A stretch of DNA of 64,000 nucleotides from Capsulimonadaceae bacterium (GTDB lineage Bacteria; Armatimonadota; Armatimonadia; Armatimonadales; Capsulimonadaceae): assembly GCA_965215505.1 (NCBI GenBank), contig OZ244065.1, forward strand, positions 3,936,001 through 4,000,000, written 5' to 3'. This document shows, piece after piece, positions 37,678 through 46,799 of this stretch. The position numbers were made by a program, and so were the translations under genes. Below the pieces are notes generated by a model. It was not told the DNA's origin. It saw only the letters and a program-made list of their open reading frames with translations, and ran no database searches. Each line of letters begins with the position of its first letter. Within the stretch, counting starts at the first letter, position 1.

Positions 37678-37839
37678 GGGTGTGTCTCCTTGTCTGCCTG
37701 AGTGTACCGCAGGGGAGCAGGGAGAGGATGCGTCGGCGCAGGGCTGACGCGGGCGATCTCGTGGAATTCGCGTGTGGTGAGATTCTTGCGCCCCTCCCGG
37801 CAGAAGGAACTCGGCGCGGCCGTAGCGAACCGGGGTTCC

Positions 37840-38739
37840 ATGACACACTCCGGGGGCCGCGCGCCCTTCCCCATTGCCGCCTCTGTCCCCGCCCTGCTGG
37901 CGGCGTTCCTGCTCTGCCTGGCGGTGCGTTGCCCCGCCGACGCGCCCCCGCACACGCTGACGGGCGACTTCTGCCTGCACCCGCGTTTCCACTCCCGGTT
38001 CCTGCGGGCCGACCGTGACGTGCTCGTCTTCCTGCCGCCCGGCTATGAGGCGGGCGGCAGGCGGCGCTACCCCGTCCTGTATTTGCAGGACGGGCAGAAC
38101 CTCTTCGACGGCGCGACGAGCTTCCTGCCCGGCCAGGAGTGGCGCGTGGACGAGACGGCCACGGACCTGATCGCCCGCGGCGTCATCGAGCCGCTGATTA
38201 TCGTGGGGGTCTACAATGTGGGGAACGACCGGATCGAGGAGTACACGCCGACGCAGGCCGGGGCCGGCGTCGCTCGGGGGCGCGGCGGCGGGGCCGCCGC
38301 CTACGGGCGGATGCTGACCGAGGAACTGAAGCCCTACATTGACCGCCACTACCGGACGCGGACGGACGCCGCCCACACCGGCCTGGGCGGATCGTCTCTG
38401 GGCGGTCTGGTATCCCTGTGGCTCGGCCTCCAATACCCCAAGACGTTCGGGCGGCTGGCCTGCCTCTCCACGTCGGCGTGGTGGGACGACCGGGCCATCG
38501 TCCGTCAGGTCCGGGCGCTGCCCGCGCGGCCTCCGGGGCGGGTCTGGCTGGACATCGGGACGGCGGAGGACGCGGACTCGGTCGCCGCCGTGCGGGACCT
38601 GCGCGACGCCCTGGCGGCGAAAGGCTGGAAGCCGGGCGCGGACCTCAGCTACTACGAGGCGCCGAACGCCCAGCACAACGAGGCCGCCTGGGCCGCCCGC
38701 GTCGGGCCGATGCTGGCCTTCCTGTTCCCCAAGGGATGA
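37840..38739 (+). CDS. Putative esterase (alpha/beta hydrolase)
   Basis: LPPGY...YPVLYLQDGQNLFD, GGSSLGG nucleophile elbow, DIGTAE, HNEAAW. Confidence 0.9.
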   Translation: MTHSGGRAPFPIAASVPALLAAFLLCLAVRCPADAPPHTLTGDFCLHPRFHSRFLRADRDVLVFLPPGYEAGGRRRYPVLYLQDGQNLFDGATSFLPGQEWRVDETATDLIARGVIEPLIIVGVYNVGNDRIEEYTPTQAGAGVARGRGGGAAAYGRMLTEELKPYIDRHYRTRTDAAHTGLGGSSLGGLVSLWLGLQYPKTFGRLACLSTSAWWDDRAIVRQVRALPARPPGRVWLDIGTAEDADSVAAVRDLRDALAAKGWKPGADLSYYEAPNAQHNEAAWAARVGPMLAFLFPKG

Positions 38740-38762
38740 CGCGCCCCGGCTATCGCAGCCAG

Positions 38763-40139
38763 CTATCGCAGCCAGTGCAGCAGGACGGAGGCCAGGCTGA
38801 GGAAGATGCTGATGCCGATGACGTCCTGGAAGGCCGTCTCGAACGGCCCCGCCGTCAGGGCCGGGTCGAAGCCGGCCCGCTTGGACAGGAGCGGGACGCA
38901 CGTCCCGACGACGCCCGCGATGTTGACCGAGGCGAACATGCCCAGGAACACGACCAGCCCGAAAGCCCAGTGCTTGTCCCAGATGCCGCCGATGAGGCCG
39001 ATGGTGGCGGCGCACGCCCCGCCCAGAATCAGCGTGGTCGTCATCTGCCGGCCCACGGCGTGACGCCAGTGGGAGAGCTGCACCTGCCCGCTGGACAGGC
39101 CGCGGATGATGATGGCCGCCGACTGCAAGCCCGTGTTGCCGCTGATGGCCGAGATGATCGGCATGAAACTCGCCAGCAGGATGAACTTGGTCAGCGTCGC
39201 ATCGAAAACGTGGATGACCACCCCCGCCCCCAGCTCGATGAACAGCGTCGCCAGTATCCAGGGCAGGCGCAGCTTGGCGATCTGGAGGGGCGACTTCCGC
39301 TCCAGCTCCTCGGCGTCCGACCCGACCGAGCGCAGATAATCCTCGTTGAACTCCTCGACCAGCACGTCCATGATGTCGTCCACGGTGACGATCCCCAGCA
39401 TCCGCCCCGCCGCGTCCGTGACCGGCAGTGTCAGCCGGTCGTAACGCGAGATCAGCAGGGCCGCCTCCTGCTGGTCGGTCTCGGGGCGGACCGAGATCGG
39501 CTCGGCCGCCATCAGGTCGCGAATCTGGGTCAGCGGGGCCGCCGTCAGGACATGGCGGAGGGGGATGACGCCGCACAGCCGCCGGCCCTCGTCCAGCGCG
39601 TAGATCTCGTTAATCGTCTCCAGATCGTCCGCATGCCGGCGCAGATACTCCAGAGTCTGGCTGGCCGTCGCGCTGAGCGGGATGGCGGCGAACTTGTCGG
39701 TCATCAGCCGGCCCGCCGACCCCTCCGCATAGGACAGCAGCTTGCGGACCTCGGCGGCGTCCTCGGGCGCGCGCGCCGTCAGGTCGGCCATCAGCGCCTC
39801 CGCCTGGTCCGGCCCGGCCTCGGAGACCACCTCGGCGGCGTCGTCCATCGGCAGGTGATCCAGCAGCTCCGCGATCCGGCCCGAGGGCGCGTTGCTGGTC
39901 AGGAACTTCACCGTCTCCGCGTCCAGCTCGTCCAGCACCTCGGCGGCCCGCTCATTGTCCAGCCAGTTGAAGACGGCCAGGGCTTCGGGCGGAGACATCG
40001 CATCCATCGCCTCGACGATGTCGGCGGGGTGACGCCCCGCTAGGGCCGCCGTCAGGCGCACGTCGCCGCCGCCGCCCAGCGGCTTCCGCAAGGCCGCTCT
40101 CAGGTTCTCCGCCAGTGACTGGCGCTCGGTCTGTGGCAT
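38763..40139 (-). CDS. mgtE: Magnesium transporter MgtE
   Basis: HPADI, SAGRLMT, CBS pair, GIVTVDD, RLPW, GNTGLQS, DPAL.AGPF...QDV.G. Confidence 0.95.
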   Translation of the reverse strand: MPQTERQSLAENLRAALRKPLGGGGDVRLTAALAGRHPADIVEAMDAMSPPEALAVFNWLDNERAAEVLDELDAETVKFLTSNAPSGRIAELLDHLPMDDAAEVVSEAGPDQAEALMADLTARAPEDAAEVRKLLSYAEGSAGRLMTDKFAAIPLSATASQTLEYLRRHADDLETINEIYALDEGRRLCGVIPLRHVLTAAPLTQIRDLMAAEPISVRPETDQQEAALLISRYDRLTLPVTDAAGRMLGIVTVDDIMDVLVEEFNEDYLRSVGSDAEELERKSPLQIAKLRLPWILATLFIELGAGVVIHVFDATLTKFILLASFMPIISAISGNTGLQSAAIIIRGLSSGQVQLSHWRHAVGRQMTTTLILGGACAATIGLIGGIWDKHWAFGLVVFLGMFASVNIAGVVGTCVPLLSKRAGFDPALTAGPFETAFQDVIGISIFLSLASVLLHWLR

Positions 40140-40206
40140 GATGTCTCTTTCGTTCGCGTCTGAGGCATTATAGCACGGAACGGGCGGTGAAAAAGATTGT
40201 CGGAGG

Positions 40207-40270
40207 AAAGTGTAAATAGTACGTTTTCTTTGGTTTTCCGGGTATAGTGTTAACGTAAATAAAACACTAT
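40207..40270 (+). promoter_or_regulatory. Two NrtR-like 21 bp operators flanking a -10 box
   Basis: AAAGTGT-N7-ACGTTTT (40207-40227) and TTAACGT-N7-ACACTAT (40250-40270); TATAGT at 40243; upstream of NAD-salvage genes. Confidence 0.65.
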
Positions 40271-40288
40271 CAAGCGGAGGCAAAACAA

Positions 40289-41083
40289 ATGCAGGTAGAA
40301 CTACTCATCATTGACCCACAAATAGACTTCTGCGACCCGTCAGGCGCGCTCTACGTCCCCGGCGCGGAAGGGGACACGGCCCGGCTCGCCCGCATGGTCC
40401 GGCGGCTTGCCCCGAAGCTCGACGACATCCACGTCACGCTGGACTCGCACCATTTCGTGGACATCGCGCACCCGATCTTCTGGAAGGACACGGCGGGCAA
40501 CCACCCCGCGCCCTTCACCATCCTGAGCGCCCCGGACGTCGAGGCGGGCCGGTGGACCACGACGCAGCCCGGCGCGTACAAGCGCGCACTGGCCTATGTG
40601 CAGGCATTAGAAAAGCACGGCCGCTACCCGCTCTGCATCTGGCCGCCGCATTGCCTGATCGGCAGCGCGGGCCACGCCGTCATGCCGGACCTGTTCGCCG
40701 CCCTAGCCGAGTGGGAGCAGCGCTTCGCGGTCGTGGACTATGTCACCAAGGGCAGCAACATCTGGACCGAGCATTACTCGGCCATCCAGGCGGACGTCCC
40801 CGACCCCGCCGACCCCAGCACGCAGATCAACACGGCCCTGATCCAGACCTTGATGAAGGCAGACATGGTCGTCGTGGCGGGCGAGGCCGGGAGCCACTGC
40901 GTCGCCAACACCGTCCGCGATGTCGCCAACAACTTCGGCGACGACAGCCTGGTTTCCAAAATCACCCTGCTGACCGACGCCACCAGCCCCGTGCCGGGCT
41001 TCGAGTTGTTCCAGGATGATTTCCTGCGCGAGATGACCGGGCGCGGCATGAAGCTGTCCACGACGACGGATTTTTTGGCGTGA
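40289..41083 (+). CDS. pncA: Nicotinamidase / isochorismatase-family hydrolase
   Basis: IDPQIDF, LDSH, WPPHC, TKG, GEAGSHCV; in the same operon as pncB. Confidence 0.8.
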   Translation: MQVELLIIDPQIDFCDPSGALYVPGAEGDTARLARMVRRLAPKLDDIHVTLDSHHFVDIAHPIFWKDTAGNHPAPFTILSAPDVEAGRWTTTQPGAYKRALAYVQALEKHGRYPLCIWPPHCLIGSAGHAVMPDLFAALAEWEQRFAVVDYVTKGSNIWTEHYSAIQADVPDPADPSTQINTALIQTLMKADMVVVAGEAGSHCVANTVRDVANNFGDDSLVSKITLLTDATSPVPGFELFQDDFLREMTGRGMKLSTTTDFLA

Positions 41084-41092
41084 GGCAGGCTG

Positions 41093-41221
41093 CACGGGGC
41101 TGAACCCCCATGCTGTAGAAGTGCAAGCCCTCGCCTTCGCGGGCGAAGACATTCCTCTTTGCCTCTTCTGCCCGCGAAGGCGGGGAGTTGCTTTCCCGAA
41201 GCACGGGGGTTCAGCCCCGTG
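41093..41221. repeat. MITE/REP-like element family A
   Basis: cacggggctgaacccc...gggggttcagccccgtg. Confidence 0.85.
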
Positions 41222-41247
41222 GCACACACCCGAAAGGAACCAAGACC

Positions 41248-41994
41248 ATGCCACTCCTGATGACCACCGACGGTCTCCGCCAGGCGGCACTGCCGACCAG
41301 CGGGTACGGCTACTCGGCCACCCGGCTCGACGACCTGGGGGCCGCCGAGTACACCCTCGTCTCCATCGTGTGCGATGCCAGCGGCAGCGTCGCCGCCTTC
41401 CGGGGCGAACTGGAGCAGGCCTTGAAGAGCATCGTCCAGGCCTGCCGCCTCAGCCCGCGCGCCGACAACCTCCTGCTGCGGCTGGTTTCGTTCGACGACA
41501 CCCTGAAGGAGCTGCACGGGTTCAAGCTGCTGGAACGGTGTAACCTCGCCGACTACGACGGCGTCCTGCGGGCCGGCGGCACGACCGCCCTCTACGATGC
41601 CGCCGAGAATGCCGTCAGCGCCACGACCGACTACGCCCGGCGTCTCGGCGCGAGCGACTTCGCCGCCAACGCCCTCGTGTTCGTCCTGACCGACGGCATG
41701 GACAACGCCTCCACGCTGACCGCGCGGAACGTCAAGGCGGCGCTGGGGCGGGCCGTCGCCGAGGAGGCCCTGGAGTCCTTCCTGTCGGTCCTGATTGGCG
41801 TCAACGTCGCAGGCCGGGCGGTCGGCGGCTACTTGCAGGACTTCAAGACGGACGTCGGCTTCACGCAGTACGTCGAGATCGGCAAGGCCGACGCCAAAAC
41901 GCTGTCGAGGCTGGCCGACTTCGTCTCGCGCAGCATCAGCGCCCAGAGCAAGTCCCTCGGCACCGGCGGCGGCTCGGCCTCGCTGACGTTTTAG
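41248..41994 (+). CDS. vWA domain protein (TerY/YegL-like)
   Basis: MIDAS DASGS, GGTTALYDA, VLTDG; RBS AAAGGA. Confidence 0.88.
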   Translation: MPLLMTTDGLRQAALPTSGYGYSATRLDDLGAAEYTLVSIVCDASGSVAAFRGELEQALKSIVQACRLSPRADNLLLRLVSFDDTLKELHGFKLLERCNLADYDGVLRAGGTTALYDAAENAVSATTDYARRLGASDFAANALVFVLTDGMDNASTLTARNVKAALGRAVAEEALESFLSVLIGVNVAGRAVGGYLQDFKTDVGFTQYVEIGKADAKTLSRLADFVSRSISAQSKSLGTGGGSASLTF

Positions 41995-42010
41995 GGAAGG
42001 CAGCGGGGCC

Positions 42011-42844
42011 ATGAACAGCGACTGTGCGTTCGCCATCGGCAGGACCCACCGCGTGTGCCAGGACTATGCCGTCGCCGGCACGGGGGCTGGGGGCGGAAGT
42101 GCCTTCGTCCTCCTGGCCGACGGCTGCTCCTCCTCGCCCGACTCGGACGTCGGGGCGCGGCTGCTGGTCAAGGCGGCTCAGTGCCTCCGGCCCGGCCCGT
42201 CCGCCACTGCCGCCGAGTGGGACGCTTATCACGAGGCGGCTGTTCGCCGCGCCGCCGGGGCGGCTCAAAGCCTGGACCTGCGCCCGGACTGCCTGGACGC
42301 GACCCTGCTGACCCTCACGGCGGCGGGCGGCGCGTTCGCGGCCTGCTGTCATGGGGATGGCGTGGTCGCATTGGGGCGGCATGACGGGCGGCTTGAGGTC
42401 CATGCCGTCTCCTACGCGGCCTCCTACCCCGGCTATCCCTCCTACCGGCTGGACACGGCCCGGCAGTGCCAGTGGGAGGCGCAGCCGGGCAACGAGAAGC
42501 GCGTGACGCGCTGGGTGCTGGGCGAAGACGGCGCGGCGGAAGAAACCGCCTGCCTCAGCCACCGCCCTTACGAACTTTGGGCGGGCACCGCGGACGAGTA
42601 CCGTTTCGCCGCCGTCCTCAGCGACGGCGTCCAGTCCTTCACCGAGACGTGCGAGACGGACACCTCCCGGTCGCCGCGCTCCGTCCCCCTGGCCGAAACT
42701 CTGCCCTCCCTGCTCGCCTTCAAGGGCAGCCGGGGCCAGTTCGTCCAGCGCCGCGTCACGGCCTTCTTCAAAGACTGCGCCGCGCGCCGCCGACAGCACG
42801 GCGACGACTTTTCGCTTGGCGTGGTGTGGCTGGAACCTTCGTAG
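42011..42844 (+). CDS. PP2C-like protein phosphatase (TerY-P/YegK-like)
   Basis: G.TH.VCQD, LADGCSSS..SDVGA, ATLL, HGDG, LSDG, DDFS. Confidence 0.88.
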   Translation: MNSDCAFAIGRTHRVCQDYAVAGTGAGGGSAFVLLADGCSSSPDSDVGARLLVKAAQCLRPGPSATAAEWDAYHEAAVRRAAGAAQSLDLRPDCLDATLLTLTAAGGAFAACCHGDGVVALGRHDGRLEVHAVSYAASYPGYPSYRLDTARQCQWEAQPGNEKRVTRWVLGEDGAAEETACLSHRPYELWAGTADEYRFAAVLSDGVQSFTETCETDTSRSPRSVPLAETLPSLLAFKGSRGQFVQRRVTAFFKDCAARRRQHGDDFSLGVVWLEPS

Positions 42845-42864
42845 GGGCGCCGCTTGCCGCGCCC
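42841..42864 (+). repeat. GTAG-type REP
   Basis: gtaggggcgccgcttgccgcgccc; its TAG is the PP2C stop codon. Confidence 0.7.
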
Positions 42865-42899
42865 CCTACACAGAATAGCGGCGATCAGGAGACAACCCG

Positions 42900-44564
42900 A
42901 TGGACGTGTATGTACAAGGGAGAAAAGTGCGGCTCACCCAGGCCGAGTTCAAGGCGCAGGGCGGGCAGGGCGCGGTCTACGTCAAGGACAAGACCGCCTA
43001 CAAGATCTACGCCGACCCGGCCCAGATGATCCCGTCCGCCAAGATCGCCGCCCTGTCCGCGCTGACCCTGCCGGACATCATCCGGCCCCAGGACGTACTC
43101 CTGGACGCCCGCCGCGCCCCAATCGGCTACACCATGCCCAGCGTGGCTGATGGAATCGTGCTGTGCCAGACGTTTCCCAAGACGTTCCGCCAGCGCGAAG
43201 GTCTAACGCCCGATCTTACGCTCGGCCTGGTGCGCCGGCTTCAAGAAGGCGTCGCGCACGTCCACGCGCAGGGTATTCTCATCGTGGACCTGAACGAGAT
43301 GAACTTCCTCGTAGACCCCGCCTTCGGGCGCGTCTACTTCCTGGATGTGGACAGCTACCAGACGCCCGGCTTCGCCGCCACCGCCCTAATGGAGAGCGTC
43401 CGGGACCGGCACGCGGCGGCCTGGAACGAGGGCACGGACTGGTTCTCGTTCGCCGTCGTCTCGTTCCAGATGTTCGTCGGCATCCACCCCTACAAGGGCA
43501 AGCATCCCACTTTGAAGACCCTGGACGAGCGCATGGCGCACAACGTCTCCGTCCTGAACCCGGACGTGTCCGTCCCCGCCGCCTGCCTGCCCTTCGACGT
43601 CATCCCGCATTGCTGGCGCGACTGGTATCACGCCGTTTTAGACTGCGGCCAGCGCCTCCCGCCCCCACGCGACTTGGTCGCCGCCGTCATCGCGCTGCCC
43701 GTGCGAGTGAACCGGCAGGCGGGCAGTGGCCTGTTCCGCATCGAGCATCGCCTGGACTGCGACGGCGCGATTATCTCCTTCACAGCGGGCGTCGTCGTGA
43801 CCACGGAGGCCGTCTACCTCAATGGCCGCCGCCATGCGGACGCCGCGCCGGGGACGAAGATCGGCCTGACGACGCCCGGCGGTCTGCCCGTCGCCGCCCG
43901 GCTGGAGAATGGCCGTGTGCATCTGCTCGACCTGACGCGCAGCCAATCCATCCCCTGCGACATCGCCGCCGAACAGCTCACGGCGGCTGAGGGCCGGCTG
44001 CACGTCAAGCATGGCGCGGCCCTGGTCGAGATCGGTTTCTTGGAGTTGCCCGGCCGCCTTCTGCCCCAGGTCAAGACCGTCGGGGCCGTCTTGGAGAACG
44101 CGACGCAGCTCTTCGAGGGCGTCGCTTTGCAAAGCCTGCTCGGGACCTGGTACGCTTCGCTCCTGGCCGCGCCGGGCCGGTGCCATCAAGTGCGGCTGGC
44201 CGAACTCGACGGCGCACAGGTTTTGGACGCCAAACTTCAAGGCGGCGTCCTGATGGTGACGGCGGCCCGCGCGGGCCGCTACGAGAAGCTGATCTTCCGG
44301 TTCGATGCCGACTACGCCTCTTATGACGTTCGCGTCGTCCCCGACATCGCCGTGACCGGCCTGAACTTCGTCGTGCTGGCCCACGGCGTCTGCCTGCACC
44401 TGAACGACCGGGACGAGCTGGAAATCTTCCCGGCCCGGAAAGGTGCGGCGGGCCTGAAGGTCATCGCCGACCCCGCATTGGGCGGCGACTGCCTGCTGCT
44501 CCACGACGGCCCACAGGCATTGCTGGCGCGCGGCGGCGCGCTGTTTGGGTTTGCGATGAAGTAG
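42900..44564 (+). CDS. Ser/Thr protein kinase (YegI-like) with beta-rich C-terminal domain
   Basis: QGGQGAVY, AYKIY, VDLNEMNFLV, LDVDS, TDWFSFAV, GIHPYKG. Confidence 0.88.
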   Translation: MDVYVQGRKVRLTQAEFKAQGGQGAVYVKDKTAYKIYADPAQMIPSAKIAALSALTLPDIIRPQDVLLDARRAPIGYTMPSVADGIVLCQTFPKTFRQREGLTPDLTLGLVRRLQEGVAHVHAQGILIVDLNEMNFLVDPAFGRVYFLDVDSYQTPGFAATALMESVRDRHAAAWNEGTDWFSFAVVSFQMFVGIHPYKGKHPTLKTLDERMAHNVSVLNPDVSVPAACLPFDVIPHCWRDWYHAVLDCGQRLPPPRDLVAAVIALPVRVNRQAGSGLFRIEHRLDCDGAIISFTAGVVVTTEAVYLNGRRHADAAPGTKIGLTTPGGLPVAARLENGRVHLLDLTRSQSIPCDIAAEQLTAAEGRLHVKHGAALVEIGFLELPGRLLPQVKTVGAVLENATQLFEGVALQSLLGTWYASLLAAPGRCHQVRLAELDGAQVLDAKLQGGVLMVTAARAGRYEKLIFRFDADYASYDVRVVPDIAVTGLNFVVLAHGVCLHLNDRDELEIFPARKGAAGLKVIADPALGGDCLLLHDGPQALLARGGALFGFAMK

Positions 44565-44569
44565 GCCTC

Positions 44570-44690
44570 GCCACGGGGCTGAACCCCCGTGCTGTAGAAG
44601 TGCAAGCCCCGAGGGTAAGGGCGAAGAATTCTGGATGTCCGCGAAGGCGGAGATTTGCTTTACCGAAGCACGGGGGTTCAGCCCCGTGGC
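44570..44690. repeat. MITE/REP-like element family A
   Basis: gccacggggctgaacccccgtgct...agcacgggggttcagccccgtggc. Confidence 0.85.
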
Positions 44691-44729
44691 AAGTGCCTCT
44701 TTCGGGTAAACTGCCTCCAAAGGAACGCC

Positions 44730-45914
44730 ATGATCATCCAATCCCTGCTAGACAGCGACCTTTACAAGCACACGATGCAACTCGTCGTCTGGAACCAGTT
44801 CCCGAACGTGCCGGTCGAATACGCCTTCCAATGCCGGACGAAGGGCGTGGACCTTTCGCCCTATGCCGACGAGATCCGCGCGGAGCTGGCCGCCTTCTGC
44901 GGCCTGCAACTGACCGAAGGCGAAGCGAAATACCTGAAAGGCATCCGGTTCCTCAAGCACGGCTACGTTGACGCGCTTGCCGACCTGCGGCTCTGTGCGG
45001 ACCATGTCACGATTACTGTCCGCCCCGATGCGCCGCCGGAGCAGCGGCTTCAGGTGCAGATCAAGGGCAACTGGTTCCAGACCATTCTGTTTGAGGTGCC
45101 GCTCCTCGCCATCATCAACGAGGTCTATTTCCGGCACACGCAGCCGGACGACGCCGCCAACCGGGCGGAGGGAATGCGGCGGCTGGAGGCCAAGATCGCC
45201 CGGCTCCAATCGGCCGACGTGCCCGTGCCGCTGATTGACTTCGGCACGCGCCGCCGCTACCGGGGGGACTGGCACCGGACCGTTGTCGCCACCCTCAAAG
45301 AACGGCTCGGGCAACAGTTTCTTGGCACAAGCAACGTCGCCCTGGCCCGCGAGCTGGGCCTAAAGCCGCACGGGACGATGGCCCATGAGTTCTTGCAGGC
45401 GTGCCAGGCGCTCGTCGCCCTGCCGGACTTCCAGCGCTTCGCCTTCGACACCTGGATGCAGGAGTATCGGGGCGACCTGGGCATCGCGCTGTCCGACGTG
45501 GTGGGTATGGATGCCTTTTTGCGCGACTTCGATAAGCTGTTCTGCAAGGCCTACGACGGCTGCCGCCACGACTCGGGCGACCCCTACGAGTGGGGCGAGA
45601 AGCTGATCAAGCACTACGAAAGCATGGGGATTGACCCGAAAACCAAGTCCGCCGTCTTCAGCGACAGTTTGGACGTGGAGAAGGCCGTCGCCCTGGCCGA
45701 GCGGTTTGAGGGGCGGCTGCGGTCGTCGTTTGGCATCGGGACGTTTTTGACCAACGACATGGGCTTCGCGCCGCTGTCCATCGTCATCAAGATGGTCCGC
45801 TGCAACGGCCGCCCCGTCGCCAAACTCAGCGACAGCCCCGGCAAGGCCATGTGCCACGATGATGTCTATCTCGCCTATCTGCGTGAGATCTTCTATTCCC
45901 AGAAAGCCGAGTGA
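44730..45914 (+). CDS. pncB: Nicotinate phosphoribosyltransferase
   Basis: SLLDSDLYK.TM, DFGTRRR, GTSNV, GTMAHE, RHDSGDP, FSDSL, FGIGT.LTND, KLSDSPGK. Confidence 0.97.
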   Translation: MIIQSLLDSDLYKHTMQLVVWNQFPNVPVEYAFQCRTKGVDLSPYADEIRAELAAFCGLQLTEGEAKYLKGIRFLKHGYVDALADLRLCADHVTITVRPDAPPEQRLQVQIKGNWFQTILFEVPLLAIINEVYFRHTQPDDAANRAEGMRRLEAKIARLQSADVPVPLIDFGTRRRYRGDWHRTVVATLKERLGQQFLGTSNVALARELGLKPHGTMAHEFLQACQALVALPDFQRFAFDTWMQEYRGDLGIALSDVVGMDAFLRDFDKLFCKAYDGCRHDSGDPYEWGEKLIKHYESMGIDPKTKSAVFSDSLDVEKAVALAERFEGRLRSSFGIGTFLTNDMGFAPLSIVIKMVRCNGRPVAKLSDSPGKAMCHDDVYLAYLREIFYSQKAE

Positions 45915-46558
45915 TGTTTATGCAGTTCGACCTACAAGGTGTGGACAAGTCCCAGGCCTACCGTCTGCTGGCGAGTGTGGTCGTCCCGCGCCCCATCGCC
46001 CTGGTCACGACAGTGGGCGCTGACGGCACCGTCAACGCCGCCCCGTTTTCCTTCTTCAACCTGCTCGGCTCCTCCCCGCCCGTCGTCGCGCTCGGCATCG
46101 CGAACCGGGACGCGGACACGCCCAAGGACACCCGCGCCAACATCGAGCGGACGGGGGAGTTCGTGGTCAACCTCGTCGGCGAGGCGCTGGCCGACGCGAT
46201 GAACGTCTGCGGCATTGACTTCCCTGAAGGCGTCAGCGAACTTGCCGCCGCCCGGCTGACGACCCTGCCGTCCGCCTCGGTGTCTGTCCCGCGCCTGGCC
46301 GAGTCCGACGTGCATCTGGAATGCCGCCTGCACTCGGTCGTCCCCATCGGCGACAACCGGATCGTGCTGGCCGAGGTCGTCCGCCTGCACGTCCGCGACG
46401 AGTTCATGGACCGGGACACCCTGCGCGTCCGCACCGAGGCCCTGCACCTGATCGGCCGGATGCACGGCGGCGGCTGGTACGCCCGCACTGCCGACCTGTT
46501 CGACCTGGCGCGCATCCCGTACAAGGAGTGGCAGGAGCAGGAGAGACGCGGTGCATAG
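45911..46558 (+). CDS. Flavin reductase-like family protein
   Basis: VVPRPIALVTT, NAAPFSFFN, KDT..NI..TGEFVVN, GRMHG..Y; overlaps the pncB stop. Confidence 0.9.
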   Translation: MMFMQFDLQGVDKSQAYRLLASVVVPRPIALVTTVGADGTVNAAPFSFFNLLGSSPPVVALGIANRDADTPKDTRANIERTGEFVVNLVGEALADAMNVCGIDFPEGVSELAAARLTTLPSASVSVPRLAESDVHLECRLHSVVPIGDNRIVLAEVVRLHVRDEFMDRDTLRVRTEALHLIGRMHGGGWYARTADLFDLARIPYKEWQEQERRGA

Positions 46559-46799
46559 GCAGGATGGTCAGTCCCGGCCATAGATGACCGGTCTAGTCCC
46601 GGCTCCGCCGGTGGGCCGCCCCTTCGGGGCTTCGGAGGGCATTGTTCGGAGGGCATTGCAGGGGCGCGATTTATCGCGTCCTCTCTTCGTATCGCGCCCT
46701 CTTCTCCCCTCTGCGCCCTTTCGAAAATCCCGAAGGGCCGGGCCACACTTTTTGATCGGTTTGCCTGTTCGGGTGTCCATTATACAGTGGGAGGCCGAA

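Noticed and set aside
37678-39576. 1000 aa ORF 36574..39576 as one protein
   Set aside because: The upstream part is antisense to the esterase and out of frame with mgtE; the real gene starts at 37677 after AAGGAG.
27938-44690. Repeats as a CRISPR array
   Set aside because: Copies are dispersed and inverted, not regularly spaced direct repeats; no cas genes. The Cas4-like cysteines belong to the helicase fusion.
32292-46799. ORF-track N-terminal extensions (32292, 41188, 44655, 46584) and ORF 33439..33867
   Set aside because: They run through REP elements; better starts with RBS or family-typical N-termini lie downstream.
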